A DNA stretch of 64,000 nt from Carcharhinus amblyrhynchos (GCA_965287045.1 OZ336880.1:17236001-17300000), one strand, 5' to 3'. Positions 37,960 through 51,984 are shown, numbered from the stretch's first letter. The notes: a model not told the origin generated them from the sequence alone. Program-made: numbers and translations.

Positions 37960-39660
37960 TTCTCGTTGCTTCAGTAATTTGATCTCTAGCTCATTAGCTG
38001 ACAGGGATATAAACCTCCATACTCTAGAGATTTGGGAAACAGTTAAGCAATCTGCAGCTGATGACTGAGCCCTGGGACAAAGCTTCCTCTGGGAAAATTA
38101 AAACCTCTATTTTGAAGCATTAGACGCAGGTCTCCGGGCTGGGCCCCAGCAGCACCAGGATGACAACTATTTACACGATAGATACATTGCGTTCAAGGTG
38201 ACTGCAACACACACACAAAAAATGTAGCCCCTTTACAAGCTGTGGTTTGAACCAGCGAAACATTATTGTGAAGGATGTTACAGCATCATTGATCAGAAAG
38301 CTATTGATTTGCTATCGCTATGTGCCCAGCTCCATAATGAACTAAGAGCCTGTGTAAAGGTTAGAATGAAATTCGGTATAGAGCTAATTTAGGATTATTA
38401 TGGCAATAATATCATTGTTGAAAAGCAGCGTAGCGTTTATATGGCCTGAGGCACTAATTCATTCGGGCATTTAAAAAATAGAAAACCCTATTAAATACTA
38501 CAACACCTGAATGAAATTACTGCGTGTTTTCCATGTTTAATTTATGTCCAGGAAATGTTCCGTATAATCTTTAAACAGAAGAACTTTAAATACAAAATGT
38601 CCCATTGTCAAAAGATGTGCTTTGCAATTAACTGGACACCACTGATTCTCAGTAGATGATAGTATTGGTGGGTCGATGGGCTCTTGATATCAAGGCCCTG
38701 CTTCTGTTGCTTTACATATTGTGTTTCCCTGATGAAATGATTTTGTTTGAGTCTCCACGTTTTTGGAGAGGACAGGAGAACAAGCTGCTTTGGGATGAGT
38801 GGCTGAGGAGATGAGGACATGGAATTAATATTAGGAACGACGCAGTTGTCAACCCAGTGTCCATCTGTTAATTTAGCCTCCCCCTGTTAGGATCAGTAAA
38901 CCCCTCTGTTGATTCAGCAATGTCATCGACACTTCGGGTTGAAACAAAATTGCGTGCAGCTTTCGGTGTTTAAAATTGAACCAGTGCCTTCCCCGGACAG
39001 GGCTCAAACCTGCACAATGCCCCATCCAACAATATTCAATCACTTTCAAGTAACATTCACCTAATACCAATCAAATAGCCCCTAGTCCTGCTTGTTTTCA
39101 GGCAGATTTAGATATTGGGGATTGTTGGTGAGTGGATTACCACAGCAAAGATAACGTGGAAGCTCAGTGATGATCTGAAAATACGAACTGGAGTTTCTAT
39201 TCTTTGTTTGGATGTGTTCTTAGAAACCTCATTGCGTCTCGATTATGTTACCTGTGGAAGTTGTGTATTACAGCGCTAGGGAGTGCAGGAGGAATGTTTT
39301 GTGGTGGAATTCTCAGTTGCCAAAGGGACCATAAACAATGTACATTTAATCACACACGGGCTTGGATTTGAGGAGGGGGGACCTGTTGTACTTTCTTTGC
39401 CTTTAAAAGACTCGGGCAGAGATTGTACTGTTCCTTTAAAAAGAGGAGTCTGTCGTTGGTTTGAATGCGAGTGAAGAGGCGGGAGGGCATTGCTCCAATT
39501 CACCAGGCTTATTTGGTTCATTATGTTGAAAGAATTGGCACAATGTCGGGTCAAGGTTCAGGCGTTTTATAGACACAGCCGCGACCTGTTCACACATTGT
39601 GTAGGTTGCTCTGTAGCTTATTTGGTACAATAGCATCCTTTTGTGCCAATGCAATCCATT
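37960..39660. promoter_or_regulatory. Candidate conserved non-coding element cluster
   Basis: TE-poor; CTCATTAGCTGACAG, CATTGATC, GCTAATTTAGGATTA, CATTGTT, AAACAATG, TTTAATC motifs. Confidence 0.4.
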
Positions 39661-40189
39661 TCATATCTTTTTAAAAATATTTACTTTCTGCTGAAGGCAC
39701 AGCCACCAATGGTGAAACGATTGATAGCAAGGATGCTTATAAGAATAGAATTAAGGGGAGCGCTGATATCTGAAAAGGTTGTAGAGATGCAGGAGTAGAG
39801 AGGGAGTGCATGGGTGGAAGGCTGCAGAGACCTGGAAGCAAAGGGTGAGAATTTTAAAACCAAGGTATTGTTTAACCAGGAGCCTGTGTAGGTCAACCAG
39901 CACAGAGGTGAAGTGGTAATGGGGACTTGCTGTAAGATGGGACGTGAGTGGCACAGTTACCTGGTGGCCCCGCGCCTGCTGTCCCGCGACCCCAGTGTTG
40001 ATAGTTCCCATCGAACCGATGTTGGCTGTGTTGTATCCCTGCATGACGTGGTATTTGACAATGTTAAAAGATTCCAAATGAGTGAATGAGAAGCAGACCA
40101 CTATTAAGAGGAATCTGCTATCTCTGAGGTTGTAAGGATGGAGGAGATTGCAGAGACAGAGAGGGGATGAATAGGGCTTCAGTGAGACC

Positions 40190-40680
40190 ACGCCAGGAAT
40201 ACTGTGCGTAGTTCTGGTCTCATTTTTAAGGAAGAATATGTTTGGTTTACAAAAGCTCGTTGGATTAGACCCTGTGATGAGAGGGTTGACCAGTGAGGGG
40301 AAATTTTGTAGAATGAGTTTAAACCGTGGAGTATATTAAAACATACAAGATTGTGAAGGAGCTTGACAGGGTAGACATTGCGAGGTTTTTTCCAATGGCT
40401 GAATTATCTGGGACAGAGAGATGTGGTCACAGGATTGTTTAGGACTGAAATAAGGAGAGACCTTTTGATTCAAAGGGTTGGGAATTTTGAATTCCTTACC
40501 CCAGAGGATTGTGGATGCTCCATCATTGAATATATTTAAGGCTGAGATAGACAGATATTTGGAGTCTCTGGGGATCAAAGGATGAGAGGAGCTGCCGGGA
40601 AAGTGAAGTTGGAGCCCAAGATTAGCCATGATTGTATTGAATTTTGGGTCAGGATCTACAGGCTGTATGGTCCACTTGTG
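40190..40680 (+). mobile_element. Old CR1 3' remnant
   Basis: GAATACTGTG..AGTTCTGGTCTC, ATTTAAGGCTGAGATAGACAGAT, TTAGCCATGAT.GTATTGAAT. Confidence 0.75.
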
Positions 40681-41139
40681 TCAATACGACCAAATGCTGA
40701 GTTAGGAAGGTAGATCTGAAGGAGGGTAGAATTGGGGAGAGGTTTTGGGGTTGAATTTAAGATCTAGCCAGCTGAAGACACAGCCTCCAATCGAGTGGTG
40801 ATGAAAATCAGAGATGCACATAAGGTAAGATTGTTGGAGCATGGATTCCTAGCAAGGTTGCAGAGATGAGGATGGATAACACCATGAAGGGATTTGAACA
40901 CAAGACATTTATTACAAAAAAATCAGATATGTTGTACAAGAAAAGGTGAAGTAGCACAGATAAAAGGCTTGCTTTCGGACAGGGAACAAGAATTTGAGGA
41001 AGAGAGTTCAGATAGGAGTTAAATTGGAAGTGGCATACCACAGGCATGTTGTCAAATTTGATACTTGTTGACAACACAAAAGTACAGACCATGACACACT
41101 GAATTGAAGAGAGGAGGGAAGGAGGGCAGGGTGTAAAAT

Positions 41140-41590
41140 GTCAGATGTCCTTTCCCTCCATCCCGGAAGTGTTTTAATCCATTGCTTATTTTGCTTCTCC
41201 ACCACGTCGCTGGATAATATAGACACTGCTGTCTTAGTAAATTATCCAAAGATTATCAGCGCTTCTGAGAAGCAGAAAGGTCGATGGGACAGTTTCTTGA
41301 CTGCACCGGAGGGACGGTCTCTGGCAGGGTGGTTGGGAGGGGTGTTCCGCGGCCCTTTCATTGTGTCGTAATGTCCTGTCAATCACTGTGGGCACGGTGA
41401 CACTGTGGGAATTGAGTGAACTTTTGTTGGGTTTGCTTTTTGTTTCCTCTTCTCCTGGATGCTGTGTAAATGTCAGAGGTTACCATTTAAAGAAAAACTC
41501 TGTTTTTGGGGTTTGGGTTGTGGGGGGGAGCTGTTGGGAGGGAGAAGGATTTTATTCTTTCCTGATTATTATGGAGATAAGCAAAGTGCT
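41140..41590. promoter_or_regulatory. Candidate conserved non-coding element
   Basis: CCGGAAGT (ETS), TTTAATCC (bicoid-class homeodomain), CATTGT (SOX), CTGTCAATCA (TALE/PBX-like) motifs within ~300 bp. Confidence 0.4.
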
Positions 41591-43874
41591 AAAGTGATGG
41601 GTCGGTCTCTGGGGTCGCACACAGCAGTTTTGTGAGACGGCCCAACCCCAGCAGTGCTGAGGTCCAGTGGGCACTCATTTTTAATTAACCACTGGCAGGG
41701 CCCTTTATGCAAGGTTAGAGGTTGGAACAAGTCAAATGAATGCATGTTAACCCCTGATGAGGAGGGCCACTCAAGGCTGCACCATTCACAACACCAGCAG
41801 CCAGACTAACTCATACAGTTAAACTGGGGTTTGGGCCATGGAAACAGAGCATGACCAGAACATATAACACTATCAAATTAACCCCAACCTTGTATCTTTC
41901 TCATGAGAAAAGGTTGGAATTATCCCATAAAATGGAAGCATCTCTTTCTTAAAATCCTAAGACAAGATATCAGAGTGAGCATGATTGGGTGATGTTCTAC
42001 TGTAAAACCCATTAATAACATGAAGCATCAAAGGAGGCCATTGAAAGAATTATCCAATTAGTCTGACTCCCCTGTTCTTTCCCCCAACCCATAAAATTTT
42101 ACCGTCTCAGAAATATTTATCCAATTCCCTTTCAAACGTTCCTGTTGAATCTGCTTCTGCTGCCCTTTCAGACTGTGTGTTCCAGTTCATAACCATTCAC
42201 TGTGTAAAAAAAACTCTTGTTGTGTCACCTCTGTTTCTTTTTCCAATTACATTAAGCTGTGTCCTCTGCTTACTGAACAAACCATCTGCCAGCGGAAACA
42301 GTTTCTCCTGATTTACTCCATCAACACACCTGATGACTTCTGAATACCTCTCACTTTAATCTTCTCTGCTCTAAAGAACATATCCCAGCCTTATCCAATA
42401 TGATTTCACTTCTGTTTCTGCTTGTTCCCCAGTACCTTACCCAAACAGCAATTGCTCCATTGCTTGTTTGCATGCCCAGATACTGGGTCATGGTCAATGG
42501 CCTCACCACTGGGCCTGTCCAGTGGCTGGAGAGCCAGTGGTAACCCCACCACGACCATCTCTAGGAGGCCTGATGCGACTTAAATGCAGTTAGGCTCTTA
42601 CTTACCCACCTTATGGGTTCCTGGGACCTTCAGGAGGAGAATTCCGCCTCTAACTGAGGATGTGTCTCAGGTGGATGTAAAAAAATCACAGCACTACTTC
42701 AAAGAAGATGTTTCCCCCACAGAGTCCTGGTTAATATTCCTCCCTCAAATAACATTAGAAAAAGTAATTTTTTTTTTAGCACATTTTATTGACACACCTG
42801 TTCATTAGCTCATTGCTGTTTGTGGGAGTTTGCTGTGTGAAAATTGGCTGCTGCGTTTCCCACAGTGTGGATACATGTGAAAAAATACTCCACCATCAGG
42901 CGTCCTGTGGTTGTGAAAGGCACCATATAAATGCAGGACATGCATTATTTCTAAATTTCCTAGCTGTCATGGTGGGATTTGAACTCGATTAACTTTTGGA
43001 TTGCTGGTTCAGCAACATGACCACAATTGCTGCACTTATTGGGCTTATTTGTGATTATCTTATGCTTGTGGCCCCTCATATTAGATGCCGTTTGGCCATT
43101 CATACCCTTTATTCTCTCTGTGGACTGCCATTAGCAGTCTTTTCCCCTGATTTCAGTGGCTATGACTTATCTATGCCTTTTAGCTTTGACAAAGGTTCAT
43201 CTAGACTCAAAACATCAGCTCTTTTCTCTCCTCACAGATGCTGCTAGACCTGCTGAGATTTTCCAGCATTTTCCCTTTTGGTTTTATATTAGATTCCTCC
43301 AGTTGTGGCATCATCTTCTCTCTGTCTAACCTACCAAACTTGTTCTTCATCTTGACAACTCTACTGGGTCAGTTCTCAGCCTTTCCCAAATGGGCAAAAC
43401 AGTCCCAGGCTATCGTGTGTCATATGAGACCTCAAAATTGTTTCAATTTTCATCAGAAAACACTGGCTAAGAATTTCCACCTTGGGTGTGTTTGGCAAAT
43501 CAGCCGCAAATTGTGCTCAAAATTGCATTAGTTTTGTAAAATGATTTTTTATTTCATCAAATCGTCATTCAATCTCATTGAAACACCACTGAATGTAAAA
43601 TCTTTGACAAAGCAGCACAGTTGGGCAGGATTTTGCAACTAATTTGCATTCATAAATGCTGCTTGGCATATTTATAAGTGAGAGCTGTGTGTAGTTTGAT
43701 TAAATGTGCTGAAAATGCGTTTATTGCAAAAATACACATTTAAGTAGTGCCTAGTTACTGCCTGCAGAAAGAAGTGAAGGTAACTTTAATAAACCTATGC
43801 TGAAGTGTTTACCAGTTACACTAGTGTAAGTAGTCAGTTTCTTAATTTTTTTAATTATAAGCCTATCAAGCGTC

Positions 43875-44197
43875 TCAGTGGCACAATGGTTAGCATTGTT
43901 GCTTCACAGCGCCAGGAACCCAGGTTCAAATCTGGCCTAGGTGATTGTGTCTATGTTGTGTTTGCACATTCTCCCTGTATCCACATAGGTTTCCTCCGGG
44001 TGCTCCAGTTTCCTCCCACACTCCAAAGATGTTTGAGTTAGGTGGATTGGCCGTGCTAAATTGCCCTTAGTGTCAGGGGGATTAGCAGGGCAAATACACG
44101 AGGGCTATGAGGATAGGGCCTGGGTGGAATCGTTGTTGATGCAGGTTAGATGGGCCGAATGGCCTCTTTCTGCTCTATAGGAACTCTATGATTCTAT
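43875..44197 (+). mobile_element. Full-length HE1 V-SINE
   Basis: Head, V domain and CR1-type tail ending CTCTATGATTCTAT. Confidence 0.88.
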
Positions 44198-45159
44198 TTG
44201 TTCTTGTGTTCAAAATAAAAAGTAAATTTGCACTTGAGACTTCTCAGCCTTTACACTGGTTTAGACAATTTTGGGCAAATGGTATTGGAAATACCACTAG
44301 AACCTGGCTGAAGTCGAGGCCACTGAATTGCTGAGCATGATCCTAAAACTAAAAGTCCTGAAATCCAATTTAAGTCCTTTATTGCATGGAGTCGGCTTTT
44401 GTGCTCACATCTTTGGAGTGGGACATAAAAACACTACCTTCTGATTCAGTGAACATACACATTAGAACGGGAGTAGGCCATTCAGCCCCTCAAGCCTGCT
44501 CTGTCGTCCAGTAAGATGTGGCTGATCTGATTGTGGTCTCAACTCTACATTCCCGACTACCTCTGATAACCTTTAGCTCCTTTTGTCACTCGAGGCAATC
44601 TACCTCTGACTTAAAAGTCCTCATTAACCCTGACTCCACTATTCTCTGGGGAAGAGAGTTGCAAAGATTCATGACTGTCAGAGAAAAACAATCTCCTCAT
44701 CTCTGTCTTAAATGACACATCCCTTAATTTTAAAATATATCCCCTAATTCTTGTCTCCCCCAAAGATGTGCAGCTTAGATGAATTGGCCAAGCTAAATTA
44801 CCCCTTAGTGTCCTAAGACAAGGGAAAAGCATCCTTGCAGCAGCCACCATGTCAAGTTCCCTTATGAGATTGCAGCCAACTCAGCCCTGGTTGACACAAT
44901 GTCACAGCATCACAGCATGATTATAGTACAGAAAGAGGCCATTCACTCCATCATGTCTATGTCTGACCTCTGCAAGAGCAATTTGACTAGTCCCACTCTC
45001 CCTGCCTGTTCCTGCAGCCCTGTAATATACTTCTCTCTTTGGGTAATTATCCAATTTTCTTTTGACAATCCCAATTGAACCTTCCACAACTAACTCTCAA
45101 GACAGTGCAGTCCAGATCCTAACCATTAACTGCATTGAAAAAAAATGTTCTCCTCTTCT

Positions 45160-45800
45160 CAGGGGAGGCAGTGGCATAGTGGTAATGTCAGTGCATTAAT
45201 AATCCAGCAGGCCAAGCTGATACTCTGGGGACACAGGTTCAAATCCCACCACAGTGGCTGGTGGAGTTTAAATCCAATTAGTAAAACCTAAACCATGAAA
45301 CTGTCATTGATTGTTGTAAAAATAAAATCTATTCAGTTCACTAACGTCCTTTAGGGAAGGAAATCTGCCATCCTTATCTGGTGTGGCCTACATGTGACAC
45401 CAAAAGAGTAAAAGTTTATATATTTATTAGTCACAAGCATGCTTACATTAACACTGTAATGAAGTTACTGTGAAAATCTCCTAGTCACCACATACCAGTG
45501 CCTGTTCGAGTACACTGAGGGAGAATTGGCCAATTCATCTACCTGTACATCTTTTGGACCATAGGAGGAAACTGGAGCACCCAGAGGAAACCCATGCAGA
45601 CACAGGGAGAATGTGCAAACTCCACACAGACAGTGACCCAAACTGGGAATTGAACCTGGGTCCCTAGCACTGTGTGGCAGCAGTGCCAATCACTGTGCTG
45701 CCCAGTCCCACAGCAACGTGGTTGACTCTTAACTGCCACTCAGTTCAAGGGCACTTAGGAATGCTGGCTTTCCAGCAACACCCATACCCCTTGAAAGAAT
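45160..45800 (+). mobile_element. Meta-domain-like tRNA-SINE with nested minus-strand V-SINE of alternative tail type (45405-45702)
   Basis: GTTCACTAA.GTCCTTTAGGGAAGGAAATCTGCC...CCTACATGTGAC|CCCACAGCAACGTGGTTGACTCTTAACTGCC is split by a V-SINE ending ...GTGACTAATAAA. Confidence 0.75.
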
Positions 45801-45981
45801 AATGGAAAAAATGTCACTTCTTTGTCCATCACCTACATTTCCTCCCTATCTACGCTATCCAGACCTGTCATGACTTTAAACACTTTCTTTGATGTATCCT
45901 GCTATGGTTTGAGGAGCTGGTCACTGCACATTATGTCGCCAACAACCCCCCCCCCCCCCCCCACCCCCACCCTCCCATATC

Positions 45982-46295
45982 GTAGAATCCGTACAGTGCA
46001 GAAGGAGACCATTTGGCCCATTGAGTCTGCACTGATTCTCCAACAGAGCACCTGTACCCAGGCCCTTTCCCTGTAACCCCACATGTTTGTTTACCCCGCT
46101 AACACCCCTGACCTATAAATCTTGGGACACTAAAGAACAATTTAGCATGGCCAATCCATCTAACCTGCACATCTTTGAAGTGTGGGAGGAAATCCACACA
46201 GACATGGGAAGAATGTGCAGACTTCACACAACCAGTCAACCAATTGAACCTGGCTTCTGGTGCTGCGAGGCAGCAGTGCTAACCACTGTACCACC
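45982..46295 (-). mobile_element. HE1 V-SINE
   Basis: TAGAATCCGTACAGTGCAGAAGG...GAGGCAGCAGTGCTAACCACTG. Confidence 0.8.
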
Positions 46296-47914
46296 CATAC
46301 TCTCCATTGATTGACGTAGCTGGTTCATGGGATCAGAGGTTTCTGACTGCTGGTTGTTGTTTACTGTTTAAGACGGAGGCAAACACTAATTCAGGCTACC
46401 CGTACTACCCACATCCCAAAGACAATCCATCTGCCAATCAAGCGGGTACAGAAATGTTCTATTTAATAGGTGCCACTTAAGCAATGCAAACATAGACGAG
46501 GAGAACTACCAGACTTCATTTCAATCTCATCAAGAAACCTTTTTACCAAAACCAGTGGTAAATGTGTGGAAGCTACCAGAAGGGGAGTTGAGATTGCTAA
46601 TCTTTGGAATTCTCTCCCCCAACGAGCAGTAGGGACAGGATCATTAAATACATTCAAGGCCGAGTTAGACAGGTTTTTGATAGGCAAGGGAATCAAAAGT
46701 TACGAGAGACAGATGTGGAAATTGGAGTTAAAGCCACAGTCTATTCATCCGTGATCTTACTGAGTGGCAGAACAGACTCAGTGGGCTGAATGAACCACTC
46801 CTGTTTGTAATTCTTATGTTTAAATTCTTAGCAAATAGCACAGCTGGATTTAGGGGAAACTGTGTGGACCAAATGGCCTGTTTGCTTGCTGTAGTCTCTG
46901 TAATACTATGTAATATATATCACCTGCTCAGGCTGTTTCTAAATATAGGTCAGTGGATACACTACGATGCAGGATTGAATCTAGATCATTCTTGCTGTTG
47001 TTCTCTGTACCACATCAGGTCTTTACTGGGAGAACTCCTTGAGATAATCTTCATCATGTCATTGATGCATTTTTTTTAATTTTGAAGAAAAACCTCTTCC
47101 CATTTAAATAGCGGAATAGGGCTCGGTACAATATTTGGATAACAGCAGCTTAATCTGCCAGGTGCATTGAACGCCAGACCATGAATCAACAGCTTTTGGT
47201 GACAGGTCACAATGGATATTTGATAAGACATCAACAATAGATGTTTATTTAACCCAGCAACCCACTCTCTTTTTTGGTGCCAGATTGACTATATCTCCAA
47301 AAGCAAAGTCTTTTATGTCCGATTCCCAACAATCAAGAGCATCAACTTGGTGTTGACCCATTGCCTTGTTGGGAAAAAGTACTTAATGTTTTCTTCCAGC
47401 TGAATCGAAAACACAATCTGGAGCCTACAAAGTTAACTTTTCCTTAAATACCTGCACTATTTATCATTTCATTCAGCCAATTATGTTTAATTCCATGCTG
47501 CCTGACGGGCTGAGTATTTCCAGCATTTTCTCTTCCTATTCTGCTTTTTATTGCTAGATATTATGTTCCAGTGACAGATTCTTATATTAGTTGCTCACTA
47601 ACATTGACTCAGGTTGAGATATTAGGGCAGTTTTGGGGGATATTCTGAAATGTTGAATCAGTTTGCAGGGAAATGTGTATGCCCAGAGTTCAGTTTCTCT
47701 CAGTTAATTGATACACTGATAACCAAAACTCTTCAACACCTCTCTCAGTGCATGTGTTATATGTTGGCTGACCACTAATTGTCCATCTGAAAACAGGAAA
47801 TTGGATGAAAGGAGAGCAAAAGATGTGTATTGTTTGTTCTCAGTTCCTGTTACCTTCCAATCTTCAGATGGACAATCTTCTCCAGGCATCTTCCTATTTG
47901 ATTCTCCAGCGTAA

Positions 47915-49200
47915 ACTCACTGTGTCTCTGTACTGACTGACCCACAATCACTGTGACTGTACTGACTGATCCACACTCACTGTGTCACTGTACTGACTGA
48001 CCCACACTCACTGTGTCACTGTACTGACTGACCCACACTCACTGTGTCACTGTACTGACTGACCCACAATCACTGTGTCTGTACTGACTGACCCACACTC
48101 ACAGACTGTGTCTCTGTATGACTGACCCACACTCACTGTATCTCTGTACTGACTGACCCACACTACTGTTTCTCTGTACTGACTGACCCACACTCAGTGT
48201 CTGTACTGATGGACCCACACTTACTGTGTCTGTACTGACTGACCCACAATCACTGTGTCTATACTGACTGAACCACACTCAGTGTCTCTATACTGACTGA
48301 ACCACACTCAGTGTCTGTACTAACTGACCCACACACACTGTGTCACTGTACTGACTGACCCACACTCACTGTGTCACTGTACTGACTGACCCACACTCAC
48401 TGTGTCACTGTACTGACTGACCCACACTCACTGTGTCTCTGCACTGACTGACCACACTCACTGTGTCTCTGCACTGACTGACCACACTCACTGTGTCTCT
48501 GCACTGACTGACCACACTCACTGTGTCTCTGCACTGACTGACCACACTCATTCTGTCTGTGTAATGACTGACCCACGCTCAATGTGTCTGTACAGACTGA
48601 CCCACGCTCCCCGTGTCCCTGACCCACGCTCCCCGTGTCTTCTGTACTGACTGACCCACATTCAGTGTCTGTGTCTCTACTGACTGGCTCACACCCACTG
48701 TGTCTCTGCACTGACTGGCTCACACCCACTGTGTCTCTGCACTGACTGGCTCACACCCACTGTGTCTCTGCACTGACTGACCCACACTCACTGTGTCATT
48801 ACTGACTGATGCACACACGCTCTGTCTCTGCACTGACTGACCCACACTCAGGTTGTCTGTACTGACTGACCCATACTCGTTGTTTCTCTGTACTGACTGA
48901 CCCAACTCACTGTGTATCTGCACTGATTGACCCACACTCACTGGGTCTCTGTACTGACTGACCCACACTCACTGGGTCTCTGTACTGACTGACCCACACT
49001 CACTGGGTCTCTGTACTGACTGACCCACACTCACTGGGTCTCTGTACTGACTGACCCACACTCACTGGGTCTCTGCACTGTGACCAACACTCCCTGTGTC
49101 TATACTGACTGACCCACTCTCACTATGTCTCTGTACTGACTGGCCCACACACTCTATACTGACTGAACCACACTCACTCTGTCTCTATTGAATGACTAAT
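47915..49200. repeat. ~31-bp minisatellite (~40 copies)
   Basis: Unit ACTGACTGACCCACACTCACTGTGTCTCTGT with 29-31-bp variants. Confidence 0.95.
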
Positions 49201-49854
49201 ACTCATGGTGCAGTGACTGCCTTTCTCTGTCTATTTCTCCTCTCTCTGTCTGTGCTGGCTGACTAACCAACTCTCCATATGTCTTTATAACAACTGACTG
49301 AGTCTTTCTGCAAAACTAAGCTAGCAGGGTCCAAGGGTCCCTGCGTTCTGCCCTACTGGGGACAGGGACATTACTATTATAGTAGGCTCTTACTTTCTTT
49401 GTTCACGGGATGAGGACATCGCTGGCTAGGCCAACAATTATTGCCTATCCCTAATATGACGTGAACCACTGCAGTCCATGTCCATAATGATGTTAGCGAG
49501 GGAGTTCCAGGATTATAATCCATCAACAGTGAAAAATTTGGCACTATAATCCCAAGTCAGGATGGTGGTGTTCCCATGTATCTGTTGCCTTTTTCCTTCT
49601 AAGTGGTGCAGTTCTTGGGTTTGGAAGGTGCTGTCAAAGGATCCTTGGCAAGTTGTAGATGGTACACACTGCTGACGCTGTGGGTCTCGGGTGGAGGGAG
49701 TGAATACGAAAAGTGCTGAATGTGGTGCCAATTACATGTGATACCCTGGATGGTGTTGAGTTTCTTGAGTGTTGTTGAAGCCTCAATCATCCAGGCAAAT
49801 GGAGAGTGTTCCATCACACTCTTGACTCATGCCTTGTTGATGGTGGCCATGATG

Positions 49855-49950
49855 TGGACTCACCTGATAAAGAAGCAGCACTCTGAAAGCTCATGATTCC
49901 AGATAAACCTGTTGGACTTTAACCTGGTGTTGTGAGATTCCTTATTGTTG
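49855..49950 (+). mobile_element. Solo Penelope terminal-repeat fragment with degenerate hammerhead core
   Basis: CACCTGATAAAGAAGCAGCACTCTGAAAGCTCATG...ATAAACCTGTTGGACTTTAACCTGGTGTTGT matches the reverse complement of 8525-8606. Confidence 0.75.
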
Positions 49951-50661
49951 TGGTGAACGTACTGTTTGATGTTTCTGAAATTTGTGTCAGTACCTCTCCA
50001 AATTGACAGTCAGAAACATTTCTCTACAGACAGGTGTAGAAGGCTTTAAATTTGAGATTGTGCCTTGAGATAAGGAAACCTACTTCAGGAAAGTGAGAAA
50101 AAAAGGACTTGCATTCATATAGCGCCTTTCATGATGACAGGACATTGTGAAGCATTTTAGACGCCAGTCAACTGCTTCTGAGCAGGAAATTAGCCCTCTA
50201 CCATGGCTCAGTTGGTAACACTCTCACCACTGAATCAGCCAGAGACTTGAGCACTGAATTTAGGCAGACACTCCCAGTGCAGTACTGAGGGAGTGCTACA
50301 CAACCAGAGATGCCGTCTTTCAAATTAGGTGTTAGACTGACAACACATTTGTTCTCACAGGTGAATATGAGCAATCCCATGACACTATTTTGGAGAAGAT
50401 CATGTTCTCCCCAGTGGCCTGGCAATATTTATATCTCAGCCAACATCACCACAACACATTGTCCCATCACTCTAACCACTGGGGAAAGACTGAGCAAGCC
50501 GAGGGCTCTTCTTTCCAGATAAGAGATGACTGCATGCTTACCTAATAATTAATACAAAGAGGTTCAAATTATGAAGGATTGTACATGAGAGAACTTGTGG
50601 AAGAATCCAAAATTAGAGGCTCCAGTGACAGATGCAAACCAGTGAATCTAATGGGAAGTGG

Positions 50662-50990
50662 GAGCAGTATGGCGGCACAGTGGTCAGCACTGCTGCCTCA
50701 CAGCACCAGAGACCCAGGTTCCATTCCCGGCTTGGATCACTGCCTGTGCGGAGTCTGCATGTTCTCCCCGTGTCAGCGTGGGTTTCTTCCAGATGCTCTG
50801 GTTTCCTCCCACAGTCCAAAGATGTGCAGGTTAGGTGGATTGGCCATGCTAAATTGCCCCCTAGTGCCAGGGGGACTAGCTAGGATAAATGCAAGAGGCT
50901 AAGGGGATAGGGCCTTGGTGGGATTATTGTCAATGCAGACTTGATGGGCCAAATGGCCTCCTCCTGCACTGTAGGATTCTATGGTCTATT
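50662..50990 (+). mobile_element. Full-length HE1 V-SINE (Deu-SINE pieces at ~50100-50460 upstream)
   Basis: GGCGGCACAGTGGTCAGCACTGCTGCC ... CTGTAGGATTCTATG. Confidence 0.88.
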
Positions 50991-51984
50991 ATTTACTTAA
51001 AATAACTTAATTAGTCAGAATGGTGAGAAAGGGAAATTTGCTGCCATGTGGAGCAGTTGAGACAATTGGCATTGATGCATTTAGGGGGAAGCTCAAAATT
51101 CATTAGAGAGAAAGAAATAGATTAGGCTGATTAACTGAGCTGAAGTAGGATGGGAGGAGACTCATGAAGAGTATTAGCACCAGCATAGACCAGTTGGACC
51201 AAATGGCCTATTTCTTTGCTTTAAGTTATACGTAGTTATCTGATTGCATTGCAAACGTGCACAGTTAAACATTAGGATGATACTTCAACACCATGGTAAA
51301 AACAGAAGCAGCATATAAACAAAATTGGTTTTATGTTTCTGCTACCTATTGCTGAAGTCCCTTGATTTGACCCGTTGTGTTGGAAGTCAGTGCATTACAT
51401 TGGCATTGCTCTGTAGAGCTATGGGTAGAACAAGACTAAAGGAGCTATTAAACTAGGGCACCAGGTGAACCTGAGGTCACTGAAGTGTTATTCCAACCCA
51501 CCAGGAAATGATGCACAACTAATCCAGTTAATCTATTTACCTTCGCATTTTAATTCAGATTAGAGTGAACACAACACTGGATTACAGATAAGAGTGTAAA
51601 CAGGCCCTTAGATGCTCACAGTACAAATCCTGTTTTACCTTTCCACTCGAGAACAAATGGAATGTAGGAGTTGGGGTCATCGCAAAGTCAGCTTGTATCC
51701 CTTCCACACCCAAAGCAAACCTTCCTGGATTCTATAGAAAAATAATTGGAACATCATCCTCTTGAATTTTCAATCTCCTGTTAGTATCCTCCAAGGTACA
51801 AAGAGAGTATTTAATTTCTAACCTTCTGCCAGGAAGTGAGAGGACATCAGGATGTCTCTAAGCCTCATGTTGATTTTGACTCCTGTTTCCCCCCCCCCCC
51901 CCCCCCCCCCGCCTTTCTGAACAGTTTCTCCCGGCTGCATTATTGAGATTGGAATTGATCATTTAATGAAAGAGGGGTGGAGAA

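Noticed and set aside
43875-43945. tRNA genes
   Set aside because: A/B-box-like sequences here and elsewhere are SINE heads followed by SINE bodies, with no intact cloverleaf seen.
47915-49200. CRISPR-like array or repeat protein
   Set aside because: Head-to-tail units without unique spacers in vertebrate DNA; the ORFs here and at 77..430 are artefacts of repeat periodicity.
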